Shown here: one piece after another, positions 39,001 to 52,729 of the stretch
Layout of the letters: each line of letters starts with the position of its first letter
How positions within the stretch are numbered: position 1 is the stretch's first letter
From: Camelus ferus
Lineage: Eukaryota
Length of the DNA stretch: 64,000 bases
Direction of reading: 5' to 3'
Assembly (NCBI RefSeq): GCF_009834535.1
Contig: NC_045696.1
Coordinates: 45,076,001 to 45,140,000, forward strand
Position numbers and translations under genes: made by a program
Notes under the pieces: generated by a model
Told to the model about the DNA's origin: nothing
Seen by the model: the letters and a program-made list of their open reading frames with translations, nothing else
The model's database searches: none

Positions 39001-41685
39001 AGAACAATTCAAGGAGGTTCCCAAATTAGTCTAGGGAGATACCATGAACACATCACAGAGGCATCATGAAACAAAAAAGAGGATATAATCTTAAGGACCC
39101 GGTTTTGACCTCCATGGATATAGAAAGAGGAAATTATTTGGCTAATATTTCAGGGCAAGTTCCAGTATTAATATATGGCCTGAGAAATGGATGGATCATG
39201 GCCAATCAAAATGGTAAAGTTGAGATTACTGACATCCCACACTAGTTAACTTACAAAAACACACAAAACCATCCCCCACCTCAGCAGAGTGAGTCAAAAC
39301 AAACTGCTGACAAATCCTAACAGCTATGTGAGGGGGCGCAACAATAATACACAGTGAGAACACACATGTCTCTGTTTTCCTTTAAAGTCTGTTTCTAAGT
39401 CTGCATGGCTGATGTAGGAGAACAGCAATTTCTTTCTTTAAAAGCCCCGTCTGCAGATTCAGAATGTCTCAGATGGCCCTCAGAGCTGGTGTGCTCATGC
39501 CAAAAAACAAACAAAAAAAAAAAAAAACGGGGGTGGGGGGGAGAGGAAAAAAAGCAGCTTATATAGCAAGAATTCCAGATCTAACCATCTAACCCTGACT
39601 TTCAAAAGGAAAAAGGTGGCAGTTAAGTAAATACCTAACTACCCCAAAAAAACTTCACTGAAAACTGAAAACTAATTTTCCAGTTTGAAAAGCCTTATCT
39701 GTCACAGGGAACTCCATCAATAAGCACACAAGATGGTTGCCACAATAAGACTTTTTTACTTGCGCACATGTCTTCATGCATTCCCTGAAGAGTTGTGAAA
39801 TGATATAACGACCATCTGCTGCACAACAAGCTACAAAGAGGATGAAGCACTTCTGTGAATAATACACACCAAGTGAAACTGGACTATTCATGTCGAAAGC
39901 ATAGATTTTTTGGAGGATTCCCCAGTTGCTGAAAAGTTCTGTGTATTCAGGGTCAAAATACAACACAGCATAAAAATAAAAACACTCTTTGAAGAAATGT
40001 TACAGTAAGAGTAAGAGGAAGTGAAAACGCCCATGAGAGTTCAGATGGAGAACCAGTATGTCAATAGGAAAGCTGTAAAATTTGCTCACTGCCATGTGCA
40101 GTTTGTGGGAACAGGCAGAATGGTGACGCTATGGGTTTTTGGGGAATTAACTTTGTAAGTACTAAAGGAAGCCATAAGGACACTTTATTAAAGTACTTTC
40201 AAATCATAGCAACCTCATCAAGTTTATCCAAAAACGTCTGCATACGTTTTTGGATACATGTAGGACATTCTGCATACATGTAGCATTAAGAACTGCTGTA
40301 AAATACAGTCATTCTATAATCAATCATAATGGTAGTACTGTGCTCATGGACACTTTTTCCTTCCAAAATCAATGGCACTGATTGCCAAATCTGAAAAAGT
40401 TGATATTTTATTCAGAGTTTATCTACAAATTATAAGAGCTAGCCTTTGGACACGTCACTGGACACTGTCCAATGTAACACTTTCTCCTGTTTCCAGGCAC
40501 TAGAAGCTCATAAACAAGGAATAAGTCAGAGTTTTCAAATAATCCGACAGTTATTCTAGAGAAGCAATCATCTGTCTTTGAGTGTTTGCCAGCTCTGAAG
40601 CACTGTTCCTGATATGGCGAGAGATACAGAGGAGAAGTGGTTCTTGCCTTTAAACAACTTATGATGCGACACTGAAAATGACCTATCACCATTTTAAAAA
40701 AGTAACAATATTTGACAATATACAGTTAAGGGTCATATGAAAGGTCTTGATAAATGTCAGAGGAAGAAGAGATACTTTGGCTGGAGTGATCAGAAAATGC
40801 TGAAATAAGATGAGGCTGGGGGCAAAGTGGGAGCTTCAGCCATATCAGTGACAAGAAAGAGGATCTGCATAAATGGGGGACATGGGAAGGTGAAGAGGAA
40901 ACGGCAGAGAGGCTGCTGTGCAAAGGTCAATTCCCGAGTCAGAGATTAGGCCAATCTGAAATGAATACAAAAAAGAATTTCAATCCTTTTCCAACAAAAT
41001 TCTTCCAAAGGCCTTTCAGAAACTTATCCATCTGGGGATCCTTCAAAATGACTTACCCACTGGAAGTGGTCACCTACCTACAGTGGTGATAAAGGAAGCT
41101 TAGAAAAGTGAAGAGAGTTCTGAACAGACCCAGGATTCTAGTCTCAGCTGTGCCATCCCAATGGTCCCAAGTAACTGTGTACATAAAATGAGATGATTTG
41201 ATCGGGGGTTTTTAAGAGCAGGCAGGGTATCAGAAACAGCTAGGGCAGTTTTCTAAAATGTGGGTACCCAGATCCCATCTGATAAAGACAGAAGTACTGT
41301 AGGAAGTCAGGGATCTGTACTTAACCATTTTAGAGGATTAGAATGCCTCGTCTGGCTGTGGTCTATGTACCGAAGCCCCTAGATCAGATGACTGCCAAAG
41401 GCATTAATGACATACCTTGTGCATCTTGTGTTTAAAAAAAATATATATATATATACAAAAAAGTTTAAATTTATCTCACTTTACAATGATATGCATCAGA
41501 ATACTGACGTTAGATAGAAAATGGGGGTCTAATAAAGCTTTAGCTCTCAGTCACCTGCCATGAACATGTTATTGTCCTTAGAAGATCACAATGATCAGCA
41601 ATTCATAAAGTATCACTAGCAGAAACAGAACAGAAAATCAAGAGGAAGACAAATGTTTAAGTTGAAAATGCTTAGGTCAACAGCG

Positions 41686-41878
41686 CAGGGGTCAGTAAAC
41701 TTTTTCGATAAAGGCTCAGATAGTAAATATTTTCAGTGTTGTGGGCCGTACAGTCTCTGTGGCAACTATTCATGTCTGTCACTGTAGCCACAAAATGGCT
41801 ATGTCCACGTGCCACTCAAGTTTTCTTTACAGAAAGAAGCACAGACTGGATCTGGCCCACAGGCTGTAGTTTACCAAA
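41686..41878 (+). mobile_element. MER58A-like hAT-Charlie element
   Basis: caggggtcagtaaactttttc...aaggctcagatagtaaatattttcag...gtctctgtggcaacta...ggatctggcccacaggctgtagtttacc. Confidence 0.8.
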
Positions 41879-43149
41879 TATTGATAAGGTAGAAAAAAAG
41901 CATTATGACAAATTACCAACTTCAAGACTTCAATTGCTTTATAAAGACAAAATTTTTACATATCCAACTGGCGGGAGAACAGACTAAAATTAGAATTATA
42001 CAAGGGAAAGAAAATCACAGAAAAATTGGTAAGGAGATTTTGCTGTTTCTTAGGACTTGAATTCATGCAAACCTACTTTAAGCAGATAATTGAGAGCTGG
42101 CTGACCAGAATAGAGATCTTTAGTCAAATTCAAGTTTTCTAAAATTTTCTGGAAAAGAATGAACTGGACAGTTCCACATGTCGTGTTACAATCATAGAAA
42201 ATCAATATACCCCACCAAAAAACCTTTAAAATAAAAACTGAAATGTTTGCAGTATCTGCAAAATGAGTTAACATTTTATTCTCATTAACATATGTCAGAA
42301 AAAAAATATTCAGGTAAATGTTCCTATTTCCTCAGTGGAAAAAACTTTGCTCATCTCGAGAAGCTAAAAGTTTAAAAAGTCACAGGCAACATGTCCCACA
42401 CATACACACTCACAGTGATAAATACAAAGAAAAGGCAAGCTTCCTATGTGAAGTTTTAAATTAACAGTCGGGAATTTAACTAATATAAAAGGTCTTGCAA
42501 AAAAAAAAGTTCCTTTTCCTGACTATTTGACATATAATATCAATACTGGCTGAATGAAGATGAGAAAACACCTCATTTTTACAAGTATAAAAAGTGCTAA
42601 TTGTTCAAACGAGTCTTCCTGAAATAAAGTTGAAAAAAGGTTTACAACCCTGATACCCTTAGGATGCTAACAGCTACAGGCTCCCACACGCCAACTGGTA
42701 ACGCGGCATCATTTACAAATACATCACACGTGAACATATTCAATTCCTGTCAAGTCACGTAATCTCCATTCCACTGAACTTCTCAAGAAAGAAAGTGGAA
42801 CTGGAAAACTTATCACTCACCTTTGAGGTATGTTTGATAACAAAGATAATAATACAAGTCTTATAAAACATAATTTCCACCTTTCTTTCCTGTTGAAACT
42901 AATGATTTGCCTTCAATTACTTGGGTCTGAACATAAGTTTCCAGTTGTCAAAGTTTAAAAGAGTATGAGGTATTACTCAATGAAAGAAGAAAACAGAATT
43001 GTTTTCTTTCAAAGGATAACGAATTTGAGATGAAGCTGTCTTCGTAAATTTGTTCCTTCTTTTAATTTTAAATACTTCTCCCCTCTAGAAAACCAACAAG
43101 AAAAAATTTACACCACAATGTTCTCACTACTATCTAGATATCCCATTTT

Positions 43150-43430
43150 TCAGCCTAAACAGAACCAAGAGAAACCTGTTGGAGGGAGCAAGTTGGTGGA
43201 AAGGTTCGGGGCAGCTTTTTCATCAACAATAGAGAGAGGACAGGCGTATGTATGTGGCGCTGCCCTTCTTTCCTGAGTCTTGCAGCCTTAAAAAAATATG
43301 GAGCTGCAGCGGGAATCCCACAACCATGAGGTGACTAGGATGAGGACAAACCCAACACTCAGGAAGGAGATTACAGAGCCAGAAAGAGCTCGGGCATCTG
43401 ACAGCAATGCTGAGGAGTATCCATCCCCAT
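43150..43430 (+). mobile_element. Old MaLR/ERVL LTR fragment (MLT1J-L-like)
   Basis: ggagctgcagcgggaatcccacaaccatgaggtgac...aggatgaggacaaacccaacact...gagctcgggcatctgacagc. Confidence 0.45.
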
Positions 43431-43568
43431 GTGCGCAAACCGCTCTTGGAAGGGTATTCTCACTTTTCTCCAAACACAGTACTAATTGGTGTAACTTATA
43501 TACTCAGCCTATGTTGATAAAACACTTTGAAGATTTCACTGTGCAAAATTTAGATCAATACTTTAAGC

Positions 43569-43781
43569 CATGAGTTGGCAAACTGCAGCCCATGGGCCAA
43601 ATGTAGTCTACCACAGTATTTTTCCAAATAAAGTTTTATCAGAACACAGCCATTCCAGTCCATTTACATATTGTCTATGTCTGCTTTCCTGCGACAATGG
43701 CAGAGTTGAGTAGTTGCCAGAGACCATCTGGCAAAGTCTAAAATATTTACTATCTAGCTCTGTACAGTTTGCTGACCCCTG
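43569..43781 (-). mobile_element. MER58A-like element with 8-bp hAT TSD
   Basis: catgagttggcaaactgcagccc...aaaatatttactatct...tttgctgacccctg. TSD ctttaagc (43561-43568) / gtttaagc (43782-43789). Confidence 0.85.
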
Positions 43782-44517
43782 GTTTAAGCCACTCAGCAAG
43801 CCATTTTTAGAATTAATTTACTCTTGTTTTTCTAAAATCTTTGTATTGATTCTCTAAAATCTTAATTTGAAATCAAACTTCTAATACTTTATATCATAAT
43901 ACTAAAGACACAAAGTAGATGTGAAGTGTAGCCTGATCTATGCCACCAACATGGAAAACACCTCCCACCTCTTATTTAAAATCTGCAGTACTGAAAACTT
44001 CGTAGACAGGCTTAATGATGATGTGTCATAATTAACTAGTTTAATTAATCCTCCAGAGTTTATCACAAAATAAAAGAATAAAGCAGGGATTCTCAATCAA
44101 GGTATAATCACAGGTATTAATGTTATAACTTTAAATTTAAAATACATATTCATAGCATTAATAATTTCTAAAGAGATAGCATTTTATACACTGAAATCAG
44201 TAAGGATGTTAAAAACAAGGTGCTTGTAAATTCATTTATTTCAATTTATATGAAAATTTTACTATTCATGAAAGTTGACACCGTGGTTTTCAATATCTGC
44301 ATTAAAAAAATCAATACATTCATTCACTGTGTTGTTATAAACCTGAAAAAAAAAACTACAAAAATTGAGCTACAGACCCCTAAAAAATAATTTTAAGTAA
44401 TTTGTTTGGCATTATCTTGTACTAAGCAATGTTTTTCACACTTTCATGACACACACTCTGACTTCCAATTTTCCTCCCCCTCCTTAGTATAAATTTTACA
44501 CTGCCCTATTTGGTCAC

Positions 44518-44965
44518 TATTACGGGTGAACTGTGACCCCTAAAAGGATATGTTGAAATCCTAACCTCGGCCCTATTCGTAAACGTGAACTTATCTGGAA
44601 ACAGGGTAGAAGTAACAAAGGTAAGACAGGGTCATTAGGCTAGGCCCTGATCCAGTGTGATTGGTGCTCTTCTGCTAAGAGGGAAATCTGGACACACACA
44701 CACAGAGGAGAACACCACATGATGACAGAGGCAGAGACTGAAGTTCTGCTGCCACAGACCAAGGAATGCCTGGGGCAACCAGAAGCTGCAAGAGTCCAGA
44801 AAGCACCCTGCCCTAGAGGGATGGAGGGAGCCTGGCCCTGCTGACACCTTGATCTCAGACTTCTGGGCTCCAGAAGTGTGAGGGAATCAGCTGAAGACAA
44901 CACAAACTGTTGTTTAAGCCATTCATGGTGGTGATTTATTATGGACGTCCTAGGAAACTAATGCA
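44518..44965 (+). mobile_element. MLT1C-like MaLR solo LTR with 5-bp TSD
   Basis: Starts tattacgggtgaactgtg, contains gccacagaccaaggaatgcc...ggccctgctgacaccttgatctcagacttct, ends ctaggaaactaatgca. TSD gtcac at 44513-44517 and 44966-44970. Confidence 0.85.
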
Positions 44966-45042
44966 GTCACACATCTACGGTTACATGTGATTACATCACA
45001 TGATCAGATGCTCAAAATGATACATTCCAGTAATAAATCTAA

Positions 45043-45408
45043 GTCTGTCTCTGTTACGTAAATAAATCCTTTTTTGTGTACTTTTTTTCAGATTATTATA
45101 AGTGATATCATATGCTATTTACAGAAACAGACTCAAAAACACAGGAAACAAACTTATGGTTATGGGGTGGGGGAAGAGGGTAGGCAAGGATAAATTGGGA
45201 GTTTGGGATTTTTGGATACTATCTATACATAAAATAGATAAACAACAAGGTCCTACTGTATAGCGTAGGGAACTATATTCAATACCTTGTAATGGCCTAT
45301 AATGACAAAGAATTTGAGAAGGAATATATGTATTTATAACTGATTCACTGTGCAGTACACTAGAAATTAACACAGCATTGTAAATTGACTATACCTCAAT
45401 TAAAAAAA
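45043..45408 (+). mobile_element. 5'-inverted (twin-primed) truncated L1 with 14-bp TSD
   Basis: 45115-45408 is a sense L1 3' end. The reverse complement of 45043-45114 (catatgatatcacttata...tttatttacgtaacagagacagac) is the L1 segment just upstream of it. TSD agtaataaatctaa at 45029-45042 and 45409-45422. Confidence 0.88.
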
Positions 45409-47122
45409 AGTAATAAATCTAAATTATCTTTCAGTTTAATCTGTCCCTCAGTGCTTCTATCAAATAAGACAGGCAGCCTCTCTCCTTACTATTTAAATCT
45501 ATAAATGGGTACTTTCTATAATGACCTTACATGTATATCCTGTTATAATTAACACATCTATAAACAATTGACGTATAAATACAAACTCCAACAAGAACTC
45601 ATGCTCTAACAATAATGAGCTTAAAGACAAAAGATTAATATTAAAAATGGGTTTAGAAAATGGAATATTCCTGAAGCATTTTATTTCAAAACAATCAGAC
45701 ATGAGTACTATTTTATGACCTACCTACCCCGTTAGTGCTGGATGTTAATCTGTCTCGATTCCCAGCAACTCTACTTCTATGTTAAGTCACTGAAAAAAAA
45801 AAAGATGCTTCTTGGGCTAGATTTCCAAGTATTCCTCAGGCTATAGAATTATCAGTGCAGCTTGTCTGTTTTATAAATAGACTTCAGTTTAGTTTTATAA
45901 AAAACTGCCAATGAAGCTCTCTTTAACTAAATAACAAATCTGCCACTTGAAAGACATCATTCATCAACCTTCTTTGTGGGAGTATTGTTATTATGAAACT
46001 AAAAACAGGCACTCTTTCTTGAGTGCTTCTGGATTTTAATTATCAAATTTGAATGTCACCAGATATTTACTGAAAGGAAAAACATCAATTTTAATAAGCT
46101 GTCTTAAGACTGAAAAACAGAAAAGGTATTCAAGCATAAAGTCAAGTTCACTTGAGTCCTGTGAGTTGGCTTACTGTCTTATGATACAGTGGTTATCACT
46201 CAGAAATTTATAAACGTTTAATCAACTCTCAACTGCAGGGGAAAAAAATTCTCCAATTTAAATATCAAAATATCATGTGTGCATAATATATATATTTTGA
46301 CTTGGAAGGAATTTAAATAAATTGCAATAAAATTTGTTAATAGCTAATAAACCAGGTGTAAGAGACTGGTATTAACACAGGGCTGGAAAAAAAAGTAAAT
46401 AAAATAAACAGTAAGTAAATGGATTAAATGTAAATATTTGACTTAAAATTTAAAACCAGTGGACAGTGGATTTAGTTTTAAATTTGAATACCTGAATATC
46501 AGAATAATTTGTTTTCTTTTGTATTTTGAAAATATATCCCAAAGACAAAATTGCTGGAGAAACCCCTTTCACTTTTCACTTACATGAAAATCAACAAGTA
46601 AATTATTCTGCATTCAGTTAGCAAAGCCAAGCCGCATGGATGTAGTTAGCCATAAAGTCCTTAACAGCGAAAGATTCTGCAAGCTCTCACCTGCCCACTC
46701 TAACAGACTCTCTTTGTTTAACTTTGAAAGCAGTTGTCTCAATAACTTTCTTGTGGCCTCCACTTTCATAAAGAAATAAGCCCCTTCATTTCCAAACTTT
46801 AGAAAAGTATATTCACATCTCCCTGATTCTTGAAATATGAATGAAAGCATTCTTATCAAGACTAAATGAAGTTTTTAATTCATTTATAAGTTAATCTCAG
46901 GAAGATGTTCACTTTTTCTAGAGAAAATTCCATTTCCTACTTGGCAGACACATTTCCATTTAAAAGGATTGATTATTGTTTGTCCTCTGAATCCAAATTA
47001 CATATTATCATTTAAAAATATCAAAAATTAATCTTTACTTCCTTTGTTCTTCCATGGAAAAGGAAAAATGCCTAGAATGCAGATAAATATAGAAACAATT
47101 AAGTAGCAACTGTGTTTATATT

Positions 47123-47159
47123 AAAATACTTGTGTTCAAAAAATACTTGTGTTCAAAAA
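47123..47159. repeat. Tandem duplication, period 17
   Basis: aaaatacttgtgttcaa occurs twice in tandem. Confidence 0.9.
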
Positions 47160-50100
47160 TCTATCAGTGACCTATTTTGATTTATTTAGAAATCATACTT
47201 CTCTACTTGCAACTTGTCCCTTGTCCTCATGAAATGCGAAAGAACTGCAACTTTCACCATTAGTTAAATAAAAAGAGAAACAGAAAAAATTAGGCTAATT
47301 TTTAAAATATAAAATTATTTTTCAGAGAGTATAAACCATTCCCTCTCATGCATCATTAAACAATATTTCAAAAACAAATGGAATACATTCAGGACTATGC
47401 AAAACATTTATAAAAGACATAACTTCCTTAAGATTAATTCTCCAGCAAATGATTACTTTAATAACAAAAACAGTGTTTTTACTAGAAACTACTACTGGAT
47501 TTGAAAAATTATTTACTAGACTGATGGAGCAACAGTAACATTTAGTCTGAAACAAACTACATCTTCATTTTCTGATGCTGAAATGTCTGAGCCGGCAAAT
47601 ACTGTGAATATCCAGAAAGTAATTTAAAGACTAAAAACACAAATTGGAGTCAGGAAAGCAACCAAGGTTACAAAGAACACTTGGAGTAGAAAGAGCATCA
47701 GACCACCAGACTCCTGCACTCAGTTCCACAGCACTCTGTCCCTGTGTCCTGCTCACAATGTTCAGGGCTGCCTAGAAGAAGATGTGGAACTTCATGTGGG
47801 ATCATAAACAAGGCTATTCACCGTGAGGTCCAGTAATAAGTAGAACTATTACATGGAGCCCACATTGTGCAAACAGGTTACTCCCTCTGTAGGGTTAAAC
47901 TGAACACCCATGAGGAATTTCAAACCTGCTTCAAAGACCATGCAATCAACATGTATTTGGTTTGTACCAATTTAAACATTTCAATTAAGACCCCATTATT
48001 CTTTGGCCAAAGCAATGTTGTCATACAGTGGAATGAGGAAAGCAAGCAGGTTTGTGTGCAGCTTTGTGTTTTGTTGTTGCTCTTATTGCTATTATTGTTA
48101 TAACTGACGTTGTTTTGATTCAACTTTTAACTTGACCACTTATCTTCAGTGCGTCAGTTCCAAAATGCTCTTAGTACACTACCTTGTGAATTACAACACA
48201 GGTGTACAGAGCAAGCACAGTGATTTGTAGTCCTTTAGGCGGAAAGACACTTTATTAACATAGCTAGTTATGTATTTTAATTTTTCCAACCAAATGGTCA
48301 ATAGAGAAAAAGATACTTTGCCTGATGTTCCTGAAGATTTTAAATAAAGGCCAGCACCTTCTGGGACTAATTTTCTAATGTTAAAATACTTTTTTAAAAA
48401 TCTTACTTGGAATGAGTATTATTACACAAGCTATGCAAACCATGATTTGTTTCCTACAACACATGTGCATAACAAATGGTCCAGGGGCTTTCAAATGTTA
48501 TTAACAGTAAGACAACATCTATGTATTACTCTTTGGCATGAATTTTTTAAAAGCTTTTATTTTCTTCACAGATAGGTTATCGAACACAGAGCTATGTTTC
48601 CACCTCAGTTGACTTTTGGTTTTGTTTCAGTGGCTGAAAACCAGAGTGTGGGAAGGAAAAATGGGTTGTAGCACTCTGGTTCACTGAAGCAGTTCTAAAA
48701 TACGGAAAATCTGATTATCGTGAGGCTATCACCTCCGGGTGTTCTACAAAAACACAGTGTCCGACACAAGATGCTGCAGAGCAGGTGATTAATACATAAC
48801 TTTTTACATGAAAGAGTAAATTTTTCTATTAAAATGGTCAACTGATGAAACTGCCAGTCACATCGCTGAAGAAAAGAATCTCCTGTCATTTTCACACTTG
48901 TCAGCTGCAACTACCTTCACACCATTTTGACTTTTGCTCTTAAACTTTAAGCAGTTATATTATAAAGTTTCTCCTCCTCTCTGTGCTTGAAACTATAAAT
49001 TGTCCCTTCTCTACATGATTCCTCACCCCCACTCCATGCATGCACTCGAAACCATTATGTGCGCTAGAAATCACTGAGTTACTCTTTCCAAAAATTAACA
49101 GCTCAGAATGGTTTAAACACTGGACAAGCACCAACGCAGTGAGCTTCAACTGTTTGGGAGAGAGATGGGGGGCTTGGAAAAAGCAATACTAGAGAATGAA
49201 GAGGCTCACTGTAAAAGTCAAGCAGGTCATGCAGCCCGCCTCTACCAGAGATCATTGTTCAACCTATTCTCAAAGCAAGAGGCTTGAACAGTGTGCCCTT
49301 AATATCTATTTCAGTAGCAAATAAATTTATCTAACTACAATTTCTACCTCTCACCCTCTATGCAGGGAATACCTTATGTGCCATTTGCTATACCTATTTA
49401 TTTTTCTATTTGTATCATATTTATCACATTTACATGAAATTGCTTTAAAACTTTAGGCTACTCATTTTAGCAATCAATTAAAACACAGCTAGTTCAAATT
49501 GATGCCTGATTTTTTTTTCCCATTTGCCCTTACGTTTCAAACACACCCACAAAGAAGTTTACTTTCCATACAACAGGAACATTAAAACAAACATTTTGAT
49601 TCATTCATTCGTCCAGCAAAATTTTCTTCAATAAAATACAAATCACTCAAGGATGTACTGGTTTAGTTAATGAATTCCAAATTACTATTTCTACTATTAC
49701 TGTCCTTCATTTTTAGCTTAAAAATACTAATGTCCCTAGTGACATTATTTATAGAATTTTAAAAAAGGATTGTTCAGAGAATTTTTATTAATCCCAATAA
49801 TCAGTGTGTCATACACATTAGAGTCATTCTACTAAGTAGAAAGAACACTCTATTGCCTAACAACCATGAGAATGTTCTAAGAAGCTTCTTTCATATTCTA
49901 TAGAACAAAATGCCTCCAAGCTCCCTGTAAAACAGCAAGTTTTAGTCTCAGTTTGCATCTGGAGTACTAAGGGAACACAGAAGTGAACCCTTAAAAGTAT
50001 ATTACTACGAAAAGAGACACAAATCAAAAATCTATGTCCTGTTCTGGTATAGTAAGAATGGCACATTATTATGAATTATGGTCAGACACTTATTAAGTGT

Positions 50101-51682
50101 AAGTTTTGCATAAACATAGTGGCCACTGAACACTGTCAGAAAATGGAACATGATGACAGAAAAATCCAATTAGGAACATGCTACACCAGCACAGGATTAA
50201 ATAAACTTTGTCTTAGGGTTGAATTTAAGACAGTGACAAAATTTACTTGGATGCTTAAAACACAGAATTTACAAAGTTGCCTCAACGCACTCAGTTAGCA
50301 CTATGCAATCTACCGTCACCTATGGGACTCAACACACGATCAACCAATGTTTATAAAATTTCCCCCTGGTAAATCCCCACATAAAAAGCCAAAAAAAAAA
50401 AAAATCAATTTATAAATGAAGTGGTAGTTATAAGACATCTGCTGAGTTAGAAAATGTTTCAAGTTTATAAAAAAAAGACGTAAAAGTTGGGTACAAGTTT
50501 ACCACATCATGTATTACTACATCCAGTTAAAACACTGTATTCACTCAAATTCCTAGTCCTAGAAGTTAAGCACCTTCTCACTGCCCTGATTCCCTAAAAA
50601 GTAAAATTTAGTGGATTACGTTGCTGGATCAAGAAAAATTTCAGGGCTACCAAGTTTGAAGAAGTGCAAAGATAATTTCTAAATCAACTGAGTTTTATTA
50701 GATCACTGGTAAAACTACAAAGTAAAAATACAGATTTAAATATAAACATTTGGCTTCCCACAACCTTGACCCTTCTTGAAAAGTCTACAAGAGCAAACAA
50801 TCATATTTCTCTTCCTTACTTCTGGCACCCGCTGGCAATTCAAATGCCCATTAATAGTCCTGGAGAGAATCTTAGAGCTTTGAAGCTAAAAGGCGACTAA
50901 CTAGAAGATTTGCCACCCACAAGATGTATAAACTGTGGTCCAGGAATATTATGTGATGAGCCTAGTTACACTATTGGCTAGACTCCTACGAGTACGTTAG
51001 GATTCATCACTAATTTAGAGAGTAAATTATAAATAAGTAAACATTTATGTCATTTTACATTTGGCAGAGAGTTTTTCTATGTTTGAATTTGATGGTTTTA
51101 CTCACTCTGGGTATTTGTTTGGCTGGTATTTACAGACAACTTCAGAGTCTACACCCCTAGGTAACTGAATTTTCTGTCATATAATCCTATGTTTCATTAG
51201 ACTAAATGAGGCTAGTTTTTCTGACTTGAAAGAAACATTAGAGATTTCTTAAGACGTTTTCCCATATCTAAGGAAACTAAAATCTAGAGAGGTTAAGTGT
51301 CTTAAACTAAAATTCAACTCAACTATGTTAAGACATTATATATTTTAATTAATATTTGTTTTCCAATCTGGAAATTTCAATAGACTATCACTATCAGTGA
51401 ATTATTTCAGATATAATTAAAATATCCCAGAAGTGGAAAACTCTATTATCTTCTTTATTTAAGTTTAAGATAGATCATAAAATTTAACATTGAAATAGCC
51501 AAATAGACTTTAATGAAGTCAAGAATCCTCGCTTTAAAATGTGGATTCAGTTGATATCACTTCAGTCATCGCCACGCCAGTCCAGTACTTAATAGTCAAA
51601 GCACAGGAATTGAAGTTACATCTTTCACCCACACCTGCCACACCACACATCCAGTCAAGACTGTGTCTTGAAGATGCTGTCC

Positions 51683-52530
51683 AATACCAAATGCTGGTAG
51701 ATGTGGAGCAACAGGAACTCTCATTTACTGCTGGCGGGAATGCAAAATGGCACAGTCACTCTGGAAGACAGTTCGGGAGTTTCTTACAAAGCTAAATGAA
51801 GGCTTACCCTAATACCAAGCAATCATGCTCTTAGGTATTTGCTCAAATGAGCTGAAAGCTTATGTCCACACAAAATCCTGCATACGAATATTTATAGCAG
51901 CTTTATACATAGCTGCCAAAAATTGGAAGCAACCAAGATGTCCTTCAATAGGTGAATGGATAAACTAACTGTGCTACACCCATGTCATGGAGAATTATAC
52001 AGCAATAAAAAGAAATCAGCTATCAAGCTATGAAAGGACATGGAATGACCTTAAATGCATACTGTTAAGTTAAAGAAGCCAATCTGAAAATGTTACATAT
52101 TATATGGTTTTAACTACATGACATTCTGAAGAAAGCAAAACTAGAGAGAGAGTAAAAAGATGAGCCTTTGCCAGGGGTTCCGAAGGTGTACAGGGGAGGC
52201 AGGAGGGCGAGGAGGAAATGAACAGGGGCAGCACAGGGCATCTTTAGCGCAGTGAAACTACTCTATGGGATACAGTAATGGGAAGTACAGGACATTATTA
52301 TACATTTTTCAAAACTCATCAAACTGTGCAATACAAAGCATGAAACTTAATATAAACTATGAACTTTAGTTAATAATACTGCATCAATACTGGTTCATCA
52401 CTGTGACAAATAAATGTACCACACTATGCAAGATGTTAGTAACAGGAAAAACGCATATGGGGGAGGGAGTACATGGGAACTTTACTTTGAGTCATTTTTC
52501 TGCAAAATCAAACTGCTCCAAAAAAATAAG
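51683..52530 (+). mobile_element. L1MC-like 3' portion (ORF2 end plus 3' UTR)
   Basis: aataccaaatgctggtagatgtggagcaacaggaactctcattt...tatgtccacacaaaa...tggaagcaaccaagatgtccttcaataggtgaatggataaac...aaactgctccaaaaaaataa. Confidence 0.85.
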
Positions 52531-52729
52531 ACCACTGTCTCATGAATTAGCTATTAACACAAATAAATTTGTGTAAAACTACAATGTTTAAACAATGTGA
52601 AAAGCGAATACACAAACGCAAGGATACTTCTCTCAAAACAAGTACATGATGACACTATTCTAACTGTGAAACAAAAAGCAGCATAAGCAACCCTAACACT
52701 GAGAAAAATGGAATCTGAAATATTCTTAC

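Larger units (their letters stand above)
1..52729 (-). other. CBLB: CBLB intron downstream of the exon (partial; next exon not found in window)
   Basis: Starts at the GTAAGA donor at 52729. I could not find the next Cbl-b exon ([22 protein letters not shown]...) in the window, consistent with a very long intron. Confidence 0.85.

Noticed and set aside
41047..42825. Strong minus-strand donor-like motifs (GTAAGT near 41050, GTGAGT near 42820)
   Set aside because: No convincing paired acceptor; isolated donors are common in long introns.
51541..51795. ORF with an L1 ORF2-like C-terminus
   Set aside because: Degenerate L1MC remnant, not a functional gene.
8704..52530. Most L1 fragments are antisense to CBLB
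   Set aside because: This is the well-known intronic orientation bias, not novel.
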